A program made the position numbers and the translations under genes. A model generated the notes under the pieces. It was not told the origin of the DNA and made no database searches. It saw only the letters and a program-made list of their open reading frames with translations. From positions 79,639 through 143,638 of the IMG/VR virus record IMGVR_UViG_3300020404_001578: DNA of 64,000 nt; one strand, 5' to 3'. The stretch comes from a virus. This document shows positions 47,810 to 57,623 of this stretch, piece after piece; the first letter of the stretch is position 1; every line of letters begins with the position of its first letter.

Positions 47810-48526
47810 TCAACCTTCATAACTGTGCGACGAAGTAACAATTGCTTCAAGTTTACTTGCAGGTAGCATGATTTCAATACCGGGGATTGGATTACGTAGT
47901 ACGAGTTTTCCTTTCCTACGGAAGTTGTTTCGCAGTACACCTACTCGGTCTGGTTCATCAAGTACCATATCTTGGACTAAGAAACTGCCTTGGTAATTCT
48001 TCATCCACCATGAACGTGAGATACAGAAAGCAACTTGAGTGCGTTCATTTACAATTAATGCGTCTGGGGTTGGGCCAACCCAAAGTTGCCAACCATCTTC
48101 GGGTTTGCAAGTGTAGTTAGCAGGGCGAGTAGCCTTTGCAGAATCAAGTAAACGCTTTTGTAGAATTGCAGTTTGTTGTTCTGTAAGTTTTCTACCGTGG
48201 GCTTGTAGTGTTCTATATGAATCGGCAAACAATTGAAGATTCTCTTGGTAGATTTGTAGTGGGGTCTTTTCTTCCACCTCTTCTACCTCTTTGGTTTCTT
48301 CTACTGTTTCTTCAATGGTGATTTCATCATCAACGGAATCGTGTATCCCGTCATTATCTGCATCAGGTTCATATTCACCTGCTTTGTATTTCTTCCAAAG
48401 TTCACTCAGTTGTCCTTGCGGTGTACCCTTGTGTAGAGTACGAAATTCATTGTATGATAGGTCTGCCATGTTACTCGCCTGTATCAAACCAGTCTTCAGG
48501 TTGATATTAGTCATTGCTATCGTCAA
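47810..48526 (-). CDS. Hypothetical protein
   Basis: 238-aa ORF in operon. Confidence 0.5.
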   Translation of the reverse strand: MTIAMTNINLKTGLIQASNMADLSYNEFRTLHKGTPQGQLSELWKKYKAGEYEPDADNDGIHDSVDDEITIEETVEETKEVEEVEEKTPLQIYQENLQLFADSYRTLQAHGRKLTEQQTAILQKRLLDSAKATRPANYTCKPEDGWQLWVGPTPDALIVNERTQVAFCISRSWWMKNYQGSFLVQDMVLDEPDRVGVLRNNFRRKGKLVLRNPIPGIEIMLPASKLEAIVTSSHSYEG

Positions 48527-49400
48527 AGTAAATTGAATACGCCTTTACTACTCTACCAATTGACTGCCTTGACCTTCCAGAAATGGTTTGCAGTGTCTTC
48601 ATTGTAAGTTTGAAATCAAGTGTTCTACAAATAAGTAAGAGCCATGCAAGTGCTTTGAGTTCGTCATCGGCCACTACCATCTTTGGTTCGGCTTCTCTAA
48701 AGAAGTCTATTGCCTGTTCAACTATCTCACTCGGTACCTTTGCTGATGCACCATGAATCTTCATCCAAGTTTGTATCGGTCCTTCTTCTAGTCCCTTTAG
48801 TTTGCGCATACCTTCTAAAACAATTGGCCGTACTTGATTAATATCTTCACCTGATTGCTCAACTACAGTTTTGTCAAGTGTGTATTTTTCTTGTGTAATG
48901 AAGTGAACCAATGAAGAACAAAGCATCATCTTTTTCTTGTACATACGTGGTCCGTAGAAGTTTCTGTCTACAAGTGTATTGTGTGTTGCCATTATTGCAT
49001 TAAATTCTGTATTGATTCTGGTTCCGTAGTTTTTGGCTGCGTCACTATCCGAACCTAACAGTAGTATTGCGAGATTTCTTAATGCCTCTTTTTCGGCTTC
49101 TAGTTTTTTCTTCGCAGCGTCCCATTCAGTATCTATGTCATCCTTATCGGTGTTAATGTTATCATCACCATCGTCTACATAGTCGTCATCTGATGTTTCA
49201 TCTTCATCAGTACCACCTGCTGCAGCATCAGGTTCTTCCTCTTCTGTACCTACAATTAAGGAACATAACAAACAAGTAATTTCACCAGTGATTGGGTCTG
49301 TCTTGGTTTCATTTCTAAACACCCCGCAATCTTCGTTATCCCTGTCGTCTAGACAGTCAAACAATTCAAGCGAGATGCTGTCTAATCTTCGTGATACCAT
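48507..49400 (-). CDS. tfb: Transcription factor B (TFIIB)-like protein
   Basis: Zn ribbon C..C..DPITGEITCLLC, acidic linker, and a cyclin-repeat HTH (ALAWLLLICR..LTMKTLQTISGRSRQSIGRV). Confidence 0.7.
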   Translation of the reverse strand: MVSRRLDSISLELFDCLDDRDNEDCGVFRNETKTDPITGEITCLLCSLIVGTEEEEPDAAAGGTDEDETSDDDYVDDGDDNINTDKDDIDTEWDAAKKKLEAEKEALRNLAILLLGSDSDAAKNYGTRINTEFNAIMATHNTLVDRNFYGPRMYKKKMMLCSSLVHFITQEKYTLDKTVVEQSGEDINQVRPIVLEGMRKLKGLEEGPIQTWMKIHGASAKVPSEIVEQAIDFFREAEPKMVVADDELKALAWLLLICRTLDFKLTMKTLQTISGRSRQSIGRVVKAYSIYFDDSND

Positions 49401-49590
49401 CTAACCGTACTCCATTGTCAAATAAGATAGGCGTATTATAATCCTCTACTAATCCATATAGAATTATTCTGTTGTTGATATTGGAGGTGGTGTCAAAGAA
49501 CCTGTACTGTAGTCCTAAGTCCTCTAATAGATTACGTGCCTCTCTGACTTGTCTTTTCCATTCTTCACCGAACAAGACGAGTCTTCTCAT
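49366..49590 (-). CDS. Glutaredoxin-like protein lacking CxxC
   Basis: ARNLLEDLGLQY..NTPILFDNGVRLDG. Confidence 0.55.
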   Translation of the reverse strand: MRRLVLFGEEWKRQVREARNLLEDLGLQYRFFDTTSNINNRIILYGLVEDYNTPILFDNGVRLDGITKIRQHLA

Positions 49591-49655
49591 GTACCCTCCG
49601 ACGGGTTGCTTATACTTGAGAATACTTATGGCTCACCTGATATTACCGTTGTACT

Positions 49656-50309
49656 ATGAGTGAAGATTCTGTTTGGGCCAGACTCGGCGTGCCGTATGTT
49701 GTACCGTTTGATGAGTTAGATAAATTAAAGACATTACTGCGTGATATACAAATTGAAACGCTTACTTCTATTGAAGCACTTTCAACAAGGCTCGCTACCA
49801 TTGAAGGTAAGATGAGTATACTTGAGAAAGTCATGGACCGACGTGAATCGTCCGATAATGTATTTGATTTCGTTTCAAAGGAAGAACTTGGTATCAAACA
49901 AAACGTAAGTTTGCCGGAGGAACCTGAATATCTTACAGAAACAGGCACTGACGAAATCCGATACATTGAAACTGGATTTTCTGCACCTCCTCCAGAAGAT
50001 GAGGAGATAGTATATGAGCCGTTGGCCGAGGAAGAGGAAGAAGCACACTCTAACAATCCAGACGACTGGGCTAAGAATATTGTAGAAGATATCCGTTCTA
50101 ACGGGGGTTCAATCAACCAATACTGGAAGCGTTTTGGTTTAATTCCTAAGGAAATGTCGGCAGCAAACAAAACAACCATGCTTGCTTCACTGAAACAACT
50201 AATGGTTACAGAAGGTATCAGTAAGTACAATGTAAACCGTATGCGACATTTCTATTATTTCGGTACTACAGAAGAAGGGGAGGAGAAGTACAATGCTTTC
50301 ATCAGTTGA
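49656..50309 (+). CDS. Hypothetical acidic coiled-coil protein
   Basis: 217-aa ORF; first gene of the rightward unit. Confidence 0.55.
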   Translation: MSEDSVWARLGVPYVVPFDELDKLKTLLRDIQIETLTSIEALSTRLATIEGKMSILEKVMDRRESSDNVFDFVSKEELGIKQNVSLPEEPEYLTETGTDEIRYIETGFSAPPPEDEEIVYEPLAEEEEEAHSNNPDDWAKNIVEDIRSNGGSINQYWKRFGLIPKEMSAANKTTMLASLKQLMVTEGISKYNVNRMRHFYYFGTTEEGEEKYNAFIS

Positions 50310-50646
50310 GATAGGTAGAGCAGTAGAAGAAGGAGAGGTGTTAGTCGCCCTTGAGGTTTTTCCTAATCATCCATTGTACGTATATGCTAGAGTAGATAGT
50401 GGAGCGTCAATGTCCTCTATTGACTTCAGATTGGTTTCAATGATTGTAGACTACTCTGATGATACAATAATCTATACTGACAAGACTAAGGTAATCAAAT
50501 CATCATTAGGAAAAGAGGAGAGGAGTGTGGTACTCACTACATTCACATGGGGTGATTCAACCTTTGAATTAGAAATGAATTCGGCAGACCGCTCTAAAGT
50601 TTCTTGTCCGATTTTATTAGGAAGAGATTGGTTAGGTACGAATTAA
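50293..50646 (+). CDS. Retropepsin-like (RimK-associated type) aspartic protease
   Basis: ARVDSGASMSSID..DRS..ILLGRDWL. Confidence 0.8.
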   Translation: MLSSVEIGRAVEEGEVLVALEVFPNHPLYVYARVDSGASMSSIDFRLVSMIVDYSDDTIIYTDKTKVIKSSLGKEERSVVLTTFTWGDSTFELEMNSADRSKVSCPILLGRDWLGTN

Positions 50647-50697
50647 TTTGTCCCTTTGTCTGTTCCCTATGTCTTCCCGTATGTATAGTAAAGTAAG

Positions 50698-50854
50698 TGT
50701 GTCTATTTTGTGTCTATGATTTACGTACAGCGTTTTTATCTCAAAAACTGTGTCTATTCCATGATAGACACAAAAACACGTTTTCACTTGTATTCACTGT
50801 GTCTATGGGTATCTAATTCAATGCAGTACATTGTTTAGAGCCCGAATAGACACA
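50698..50854. repeat. Six TGTGTCTAT iteron-like repeats; putative replication origin
   Basis: Direct copies at 50698, 50709, 50749 and 50798; inverted copies at 50764 and 50846; AT-rich non-coding gap upstream of the MCM operon. Confidence 0.75.
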
Positions 50855-50924
50855 CTTTGATACAAAATACTATTTCCTGTGACCTCGGGAATGAATATGT
50901 GAAAAAGAATATAAGCCCAATGCG

Positions 50925-51596
50925 ATGACGATTTTCGCCGGAGGTGAGGATTTGGAGAGGTTAGACAATTGGACGGTGGCTGAACACGTTAGCAGTATGA
51001 CGGTTTTGGATTTCAAAGACCACCTTAACACGGTTATTTCCAGAGTCAATCAAGACCCAGAATTGCTCGCTTATGTACATAATCACATCAAATCCTTAGA
51101 AGGAAAGCGCAACCCTAAGCGTGATTTACAGGCAATTGCTGATGATATCACCAAGGTTTTGGATTCCAATGGATACATTACATGGAAACAGGCTAAAGAT
51201 TCTTACGACCTTGACAACGCTAAACAGTTTGAACGGGTGATGAATAGAGTCCCCGAATCAACCCGTTGTAAAAAGTTGCACAGGGATGGAGGTCGCAACT
51301 GGTATTACCATCGTGATATTGACCCATCTAAGTGGATTGCTTCTCACGATGAAGGACCGATTGATGTAGAGCAAGACCCAAAAGAGGCAGCATCGGCTTT
51401 ACTACAGATAGTTCTAACAAGGTATGCAGACGAACCCCGAGTTAATGTTCATAAGATATTGATTCAACAAAAATCAATGTTTAGATTACCAGATAAATTC
51501 AGAATGAAATCATGGGCTGAAGCACACTTCACCCCACTGATGTACGAAAACGGGTATGTACCAACCCCAACAAGAAAGGTATACCATAAACAATAG
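50925..51596 (+). CDS. Hypothetical protein (candidate origin-binding protein)
   Basis: Lies between the iterons and mcm; possible wHTH-like segments. Function is inferred from position. Confidence 0.45.
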   Translation: MTIFAGGEDLERLDNWTVAEHVSSMTVLDFKDHLNTVISRVNQDPELLAYVHNHIKSLEGKRNPKRDLQAIADDITKVLDSNGYITWKQAKDSYDLDNAKQFERVMNRVPESTRCKKLHRDGGRNWYYHRDIDPSKWIASHDEGPIDVEQDPKEAASALLQIVLTRYADEPRVNVHKILIQQKSMFRLPDKFRMKSWAEAHFTPLMYENGYVPTPTRKVYHKQ

Positions 51597-51609
51597 GAGA
51601 GAAAAGTAA

Positions 51610-53982
51610 ATGCCAGAAGTAGGACAAGACAGAGACAGTAGAGCCGCACAAGTAAGGAGGTCAGTGAACGCATATCTAATGTGGCACACTGGGCAACTGC
51701 CGGGGATTACCCGTGAGTGGTTAGATAACAGAGCGGAGAACATATCTAATGAATTCGTTTCAACAGAAACACTACCAAATCCTGAAGCCCATTGGTGTAT
51801 GTATTCCCTAAAGGGACAACTAGACAGAGAGGATAGACTAGGAGAAAAACCAATGTTGGTTCTTGATGCATCAACATTAGCGATGGGCCAACATCTACCT
51901 CCCGCAGATATGTTACCGCAACTTATACCAAGTACATCATTGACTGTCCCAAACCACGACATACCGTTATTCAATAGTGTAGATGATTTACTAACCGCCT
52001 ATCGCAACTTACCAAACTTTTTGATTCATTACTACGAATTAGTAATGGAACAAATTGAAGAATTACAGAGAGCGTATCTACAAGAAGTAGACTTTGTTTA
52101 CGCTTCATCAATAGCCAATATCCATTTTGAACCACCAGAATGGAGAATCATGTGTGGCGACCATGAATCTACAATGACTGTCCATGAATTGCGACAGTCA
52201 AATGACATAGGCAAATTAACCAGACTAACGGCGCAAGTCATTCATACTGGAGGAACCAATACTACCGTTTTATTGGGTGCATTCAGGTGTAGCGGACACC
52301 CTAACGAACCTTCTGATGAGAGGTGCTGTGCAATCACATACATACCACAAGACCCATACGATGATAGCCTCAGGGAACCGTCTTCTTGCTCAACAAGTGA
52401 TGATGTTGCGGGATGCGGTAGAAAGAAAGGAGAAGTAACTTTCACACTACTAAACAAACCAGATACTACAACAACCACAATCCAAATGATTCAAGTCCAA
52501 GACCTTGACAGTGATGACGGTAGCCCTAAGACAATATTTGTTGAGATGAGAGGCGACCTATGTGGTTCTGTTGTTGATGGTGGATTCGTTACTCTTGATG
52601 GTGTACTAATGAGTAGACCTATCGGTAGAGGTAAGAAACATCGTGAACCGTACTTCTTCTGTACTGCTATCATTGAGAATGGTAAGACTAGAACCATTGC
52701 GGTTTCCCCAGAGGATGAAGAAATTATCCGACAGTGGGTTTCCGAGCGTTCCGTTGAACAGGTTATGAATGACTTAGCAAAGCACTTTGCTCCTGTCATT
52801 CACGGCCACATGAATGTCAAGAAAGCGATTATCCTGCAAACCGTCGGAGGTATTCGTATTGAGGCTCAAAGTAAGCGAGGCGATATTCACATTCTATTAC
52901 TGGGCGACCCCGGTGTAGCCAAGTCGCAGTTGCTTGATGCAGCCGTCAAAGCAGCCCCCGGTTCATATCTATACGACTGTTCCCAAGCATCTCAAGCAGG
53001 ATTGGTTGCAGCCGCCGAGAAATTGAAAGACGCTATCAGTAGTGGTGAATCATGGGGAATTAAAGCAGGTGCTTTGGCTCTAACACCAGACCACGCTATT
53101 TGCGCTCTTGATGAATTCCATCTATTGGGAGGAAAGGATAAGACAGTGACTGAGTCGCTGAACGTTGCTCTTGAATCTCAAGAAGTCCGAATTAGTAAGG
53201 CCGCTAAGGGTGTAGTAAGGACTAGGGTTGCCGTTCTCATGGCCGCTAACCCACGAACCCGTGATGCTAGATTTGACCCAGATAGCCCAACACCACTTTA
53301 CCAACAGGCAGGAATCAAAGTCAATACTGCTTCAAGGACAGACTACATCGCCGTCATGCGTGATTTAGAATCCGAAGCATTAGACATTAGTATCTCCGAG
53401 GCAATGTGGGATGCATCAGACCCAATGATGCAAACACTACAGTCGCAGGAATTCCCTATTGAAAACTTCATGCCTAAACTAGTTACTCTAGCAAAGCGCA
53501 TTGGTACAGTATTCTATAGCAATGAAGCCAAGAGTTACTTAGTCAATACTTACAATGAAGCACGTAAGAATGCAGGTGCCGAAGGGAAAGTAACACCAAG
53601 GCGTAACGAATCACTACGTAGATTTGTACAAGCAGTTACCAGACTCACCTTACAAAGTGAAGTATCATTAGACCATGCAAAGTTTGCTGAGAATCTACTC
53701 CGTACTAGCATGACTGATACTCATCCCGCTCAAATGGATGGCGGACAAACCAGTAAGCAAAAGGAAATCTATGATGAAGTTTGGCGACTCTTTAACGAGG
53801 CTTGGATGGACACCGAAGGCGATTCGGTCCATCTGGATACCTTGGAAAACTACGTTTCGCAAAACTGGGATATCAAACTTGATAAACCGGCTAGGAATAC
53901 AATCAGTTCAGCGATGAAGGCATTTGAAACCGAGGGCAAAATTCAACGCCGTGGAAACAAATATGCCGTGAAATCGTGGTAA
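51610..53982 (+). CDS. mcm: MCM replicative helicase
   Basis: RGDIHILLLGDPGVAKSQ, AGLVAA, ICALDEF, MAANP, SRTD, TPRRNESL; Zn finger. Confidence 0.95.
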   Translation: MPEVGQDRDSRAAQVRRSVNAYLMWHTGQLPGITREWLDNRAENISNEFVSTETLPNPEAHWCMYSLKGQLDREDRLGEKPMLVLDASTLAMGQHLPPADMLPQLIPSTSLTVPNHDIPLFNSVDDLLTAYRNLPNFLIHYYELVMEQIEELQRAYLQEVDFVYASSIANIHFEPPEWRIMCGDHESTMTVHELRQSNDIGKLTRLTAQVIHTGGTNTTVLLGAFRCSGHPNEPSDERCCAITYIPQDPYDDSLREPSSCSTSDDVAGCGRKKGEVTFTLLNKPDTTTTTIQMIQVQDLDSDDGSPKTIFVEMRGDLCGSVVDGGFVTLDGVLMSRPIGRGKKHREPYFFCTAIIENGKTRTIAVSPEDEEIIRQWVSERSVEQVMNDLAKHFAPVIHGHMNVKKAIILQTVGGIRIEAQSKRGDIHILLLGDPGVAKSQLLDAAVKAAPGSYLYDCSQASQAGLVAAAEKLKDAISSGESWGIKAGALALTPDHAICALDEFHLLGGKDKTVTESLNVALESQEVRISKAAKGVVRTRVAVLMAANPRTRDARFDPDSPTPLYQQAGIKVNTASRTDYIAVMRDLESEALDISISEAMWDASDPMMQTLQSQEFPIENFMPKLVTLAKRIGTVFYSNEAKSYLVNTYNEARKNAGAEGKVTPRRNESLRRFVQAVTRLTLQSEVSLDHAKFAENLLRTSMTDTHPAQMDGGQTSKQKEIYDEVWRLFNEAWMDTEGDSVHLDTLENYVSQNWDIKLDKPARNTISSAMKAFETEGKIQRRGNKYAVKSW

Positions 53983-54875
53983 GGAAAAATAAAAAGGAGA
54001 GGAAAAATTTGGAAGAAGTGTACAACGAATATGACAAAATCGGACCTGCGCTCGTCAAGGCGATTGCAGAAATTCCGACCATAGGAAAGAACGCCCAAGC
54101 GTATGGGTACAAATACGCAACACTGGATGATATTTTGTCTGTAGTGAAGCCAATTCTGGCAAAACATGAATTGGCCCTGCTACAACCACTATCCGGCAAC
54201 GGAATAGAAACAATTGTCATGCACAGTAGCGGTCAATGTGTCCGTGATGTGTTTATGCTACCAGAAATGAGCGAGAGCAAAAAGATGAATTCTGCCCAAG
54301 CACTTGGCGCAGCAATCACATACACACGAAGGTACGCACTGTCCTCTATGTTGTGTATTGGTGTTGATGAAGACACCGATGGAGCAATAGGACAGAAAGC
54401 AACAACAAAACCAGTACAAAACAATGAAGGTCAAGGCTCCTTTTCAGGTTTTAAGCCGGCTGCTCAAGTAGAGAGCGTAAGACCCACCCCTGAGCCTGTA
54501 GAAGAAGTACCAGAAGAACCAACACCACCAACATGGGTTGAAACTGCTCAAGTAGTGTTAGATGGTACTAAGGAAAAGACGCAGGAAAAAGAAAAAGCCC
54601 CGCAATCTCAAACCATTGACTGGGATGAGAAAGCGAGGCTAGATGGAAACCTGTGTACCAAGAAGCAAGCGAGTTATATTTACTCACTTGCTCAACGGGC
54701 TCTTGGGCAAGACTTTGAGTTAGAAGAATTAGTCAATTGGACCGAAGACCACGGACTAGCGGAGTCAGACTTCGTCGGCCTTGAGCCAGACGAATTTTGC
54801 GGCAACCTCAAGAAGAGGGATGCCACCAAGGTCATTGGTGAAATGAAGCGACTAGCAGGCATAGAAACAAACTGA
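53976..54875 (+). CDS. erf: ERF-family ssDNA-annealing protein
   Basis: YKYATLDDI..HSSGQ..AQALGAAITYTRRYAL..DEDTDG; true start may be the TTG near 54009. Confidence 0.9.
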   Translation: MVRKNKKERKNLEEVYNEYDKIGPALVKAIAEIPTIGKNAQAYGYKYATLDDILSVVKPILAKHELALLQPLSGNGIETIVMHSSGQCVRDVFMLPEMSESKKMNSAQALGAAITYTRRYALSSMLCIGVDEDTDGAIGQKATTKPVQNNEGQGSFSGFKPAAQVESVRPTPEPVEEVPEEPTPPTWVETAQVVLDGTKEKTQEKEKAPQSQTIDWDEKARLDGNLCTKKQASYIYSLAQRALGQDFELEELVNWTEDHGLAESDFVGLEPDEFCGNLKKRDATKVIGEMKRLAGIETN

Positions 54876-54885
54876 GGTTGATTCT

Positions 54886-56052
54886 ATGACTCTAACTAAG
54901 GCAGACCTCCCTACGATTCTTCGTAATCATTACAAAGAATGTGATTTATCAATACCAGATATCTCACGGAGGTCTGTCGCATTTAGCACATGGGACAGAC
55001 ATAATGCATATTCAAGTATTGAGGAATTGCGCAAGGACTTAGTAGAAAATGTACCAGAGACAATGTATTACTCTACGGCAAGATATCTCAACCCATCTGC
55101 AAATGCAGGCGCAGGTAACGCAAGCGAAACATGGAAACAGAAAGACCGTAAGGCAACAGACCTTACGTTTGATTTGGATTTTGACCATGTTGAAGGACAC
55201 AGTAATCTAGATTACGCTGACCAAATCAAGGTCATAGCCGAACACACACTCCGTTTGGTAAACATTCTAGAATCACAGTATGGTGTCCCGCAGAATAAGT
55301 ATGAAATTACATTCTCCGGAAGACGGGGGTTTCATGTGAGGGTGTTTGATGAGAGGTATATTTACCTCAACAAAAATCAACGCAAAGAAATAATGCGCCA
55401 CCTTCTTGGCGAAAGATTAGACCGTAAGGCTACTCTTGCATCTTATCACATGAACCCCCGTAGTGGAGATTTAGCATTTAGGCTACATAAGCCATCTATG
55501 AAGAGTTGGGGTGGCCGTATACGGTTAGCCTGTAATTGGTTGATGGACAACTTTGACCAAGCAACCCTTGAACAGTGGTGGCCAAAGAAAATCACTCCAA
55601 AGGAATTACAGAATCTAATGTCCCGCTTTGTAAACTCAACATTCCGTGCTAGACTAACCAAGACAGGTGATTTGAGAGCATTCTTTGGCCAGAAACTAGC
55701 CACCAAAGCCAGACTAGAGAATATGTACAAGATGTTAGAAACTCTAGCAATATCAATGTATTCTGTAGAAATAGATACTTCTGTTACTGCCGAAGTAAAC
55801 AAAATTATTCGCATGAAGGGCTCTATAAACATCAAACAGGGCTACGAATGCCGTGCCGTTGAGAAAGACGAATTGACCGACATGGACTATTTATTCTACA
55901 ACTGTAGGCAGACTTTTGGTGAGAAGCCCGTTGAAATTCAAGTCCCTAAACACATGGTTGTTCATGGTGAAAGGACATTCCCATTACTAGCAGGAACACA
56001 CACGCTTCCAATGCATGAAGCGGTTCTTGCACTTTGTCAAATGGACCAGTAA
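54886..56052 (+). CDS. priS: Archaeo-eukaryotic DNA primase catalytic subunit
   Basis: YYSTARY..DLTFDLDFD..FSGRRGFHV..IDTSVT..IIRMKGSIN. Confidence 0.9.
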   Translation: MTLTKADLPTILRNHYKECDLSIPDISRRSVAFSTWDRHNAYSSIEELRKDLVENVPETMYYSTARYLNPSANAGAGNASETWKQKDRKATDLTFDLDFDHVEGHSNLDYADQIKVIAEHTLRLVNILESQYGVPQNKYEITFSGRRGFHVRVFDERYIYLNKNQRKEIMRHLLGERLDRKATLASYHMNPRSGDLAFRLHKPSMKSWGGRIRLACNWLMDNFDQATLEQWWPKKITPKELQNLMSRFVNSTFRARLTKTGDLRAFFGQKLATKARLENMYKMLETLAISMYSVEIDTSVTAEVNKIIRMKGSINIKQGYECRAVEKDELTDMDYLFYNCRQTFGEKPVEIQVPKHMVVHGERTFPLLAGTHTLPMHEAVLALCQMDQ

Positions 56053-56203
56053 ATCTTTGAGGTTCTTGAGGAACCATTCGTCTGGTACGTGGACGTACGT
56101 GCGAAAAAGAATAAGACCCGCAATAGCGAGTCTTAGGGTAGCAAACGTAGATTTGCACGAAAAAGAATAGACCATACTGTAAATAGTATGGTCTTAGTTC
56201 CAT
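55946..56203 (-). CDS. Questionable small ORF (MELRPYY...), last unit of the hairpin array
   Basis: Preceded by a hairpin-TAG element, but overlaps the priS 3' end convergently. Confidence 0.3.
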   Translation of the reverse strand: MELRPYYLQYGLFFFVQIYVCYPKTRYCGSYSFSHVRPRTRRMVPQEPQRFTGPFDKVQEPLHALEACVFLLVMGMSFHHEQPCV

Positions 56204-56224
56204 ATTCTAGGCCCCGAAGGGCGG

Positions 56225-56764
56225 TTAAAATCCTAAGTGTAATTGGAATGAGGTCTTGTTAGCAAGCCCTCTTTCCTCTTCTTTAGGAGGTACGCAATCA
56301 CTTGGCCATGTATAGCCAAGGGCGTCCCATACTTTACCTGCCGCATACTTCAGTGTACAGATTTCTGGCCAAGGTTCTGGAGGATTATCCCCCCATGATG
56401 CAGTACCGGCGATGAATATTTCCCATTCACCGATTCTGTTACTTGTCATAAATCTCCACCTACTTCTAGACAGATTTTTTAATGTACTCAAGGAGCCTTC
56501 AATTGAACCAATGTATTCTTCAAAGTATAAATCATCGGCAGAATGTATTCCTGTCCAATGTACTTCCCAGATGTAGAATTCTTGAGCGAACTTCTGGATA
56601 TTATCATCAATGATATCTCCTTCGCCTTCTTCACCTTCACGCCACGGATTCTCTTCGTGGAACTTCTTCATTTCTTCAATTACGCCTTGAGCGTTAGCGT
56701 AGCACACTTCTTCATCCCTACCGGGAGGAACAGCGAACCACTCCATGATTAGGTCAGCACCCAT
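56225..56764 (-). CDS. Hypothetical acidic, Trp-rich protein
   Basis: Start reassigned to MGADL (56764), just after the hairpin element. Confidence 0.55.
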   Translation of the reverse strand: MGADLIMEWFAVPPGRDEEVCYANAQGVIEEMKKFHEENPWREGEEGEGDIIDDNIQKFAQEFYIWEVHWTGIHSADDLYFEEYIGSIEGSLSTLKNLSRSRWRFMTSNRIGEWEIFIAGTASWGDNPPEPWPEICTLKYAAGKVWDALGYTWPSDCVPPKEEERGLANKTSFQLHLGF

Positions 56765-56784
56765 ATCTAAGCCCGTTAAGGCAT

Positions 56785-56904
56785 TCATATGTATCTAATA
56801 CCGGAACCGGGTTTGCGATACCGATTAAGTAGATACTGTAGTAACATCCATCCTGCGGCGAATCCAAATCCCCACAAGAGTCCGTATAGCACGGTCATTA
56901 ACAT
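56785..56904 (-). CDS. 39-aa membrane microprotein
   Basis: MLMTVLYGPLVGFGFAAGWMLLQYLLNRYRKPGSGIRYI; exactly fills the space between two hairpin elements. Confidence 0.6.
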   Translation of the reverse strand: MLMTVLYGLLWGFGFAAGWMLLQYLLNRYRKPGSGIRYI

Positions 56905-56922
56905 ACTAGGGGCATTTGCCCA

Positions 56923-57237
56923 TCACGAATGATAGTTGCAGTGTTTATCATACTTTGATATCTCCCTCTTACAGGGTTTACCGTCTTTCTTGATAAAACC
57001 GCATTTCTTCTTATTCGCTTGTATTTTTTGTCTTCTTTGTTCTTCCACTACATCATACCATTCTTCGTAGGTTTCTTTTGTAGTGTTATAATCACCATTA
57101 TAGGTTTCTTCAAAACATTCTAAACATAATACAAAGGACTTTTCCGTTGAACCACCAAAATCAATGTGTGGTCTAGGAGCGTCCCATTTACTGTAGATGT
57201 AACAATTACATTCTCTACATGTAGTGTATCTTGACAT
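56923..57237 (-). CDS. Cys-rich Zn-binding protein
   Basis: CREC, CLEC and C-x9-C-x8-C-x2-H. Confidence 0.6.
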   Translation of the reverse strand: MSRYTTCRECNCYIYSKWDAPRPHIDFGGSTEKSFVLCLECFEETYNGDYNTTKETYEEWYDVVEEQRRQKIQANKKKCGFIKKDGKPCKREISKYDKHCNYHS

Positions 57238-57256
57238 GTCTAGGGCTGTTAAGCCT

Positions 57257-57598
57257 TTATTCTTCTTCGTTAGGTAAAGGAGGAATCCCGTTATCCATCA
57301 ATGATTGAACCATGTCCATCATCTCACCGTGTCTTCCACCTATTTGCATACCTGCTTCCTTTATACACCGGTCTAGTGCTAGGCCGCAAGGATACATACC
57401 TTGTGATGTACCAATCAAACTAGGTACGTGTTCTGTCTCACGAAGCATTTCAACTAATTGAGGATGATAACCATTATCAATAAGACACTGTAATGCATCT
57501 TCTTTGGTTTTGAAAAACTTAGAGATACGCCCATACGCATCGCTCACTGTTTCTTTGAAGCACCATCCTCTTCCTGTTTCAACTAAATCTCTTCCCAT
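57257..57598 (-). CDS. Hypothetical protein
   Basis: ORF bounded by hairpin elements. Confidence 0.55.
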   Translation of the reverse strand: MGRDLVETGRGWCFKETVSDAYGRISKFFKTKEDALQCLIDNGYHPQLVEMLRETEHVPSLIGTSQGMYPCGLALDRCIKEAGMQIGGRHGEMMDMVQSLMDNGIPPLPNEEE

Positions 57599-57623
57599 AG
57601 TTGTCTAAGGCCGTCTAAGGCCG

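Noticed and set aside
51610-53982. Intein in MCM or in the giant polyproteins
   Set aside because: MCM motifs are contiguous. No C/S...HN-C/S/T splice junctions or LAGLIDADG motifs were noticed, and NP junctions lack the +1 nucleophile.
49643-55835. Minus-strand ORFs within the replication operon
   Set aside because: Antisense to mcm, erf, priS and neighbouring genes.
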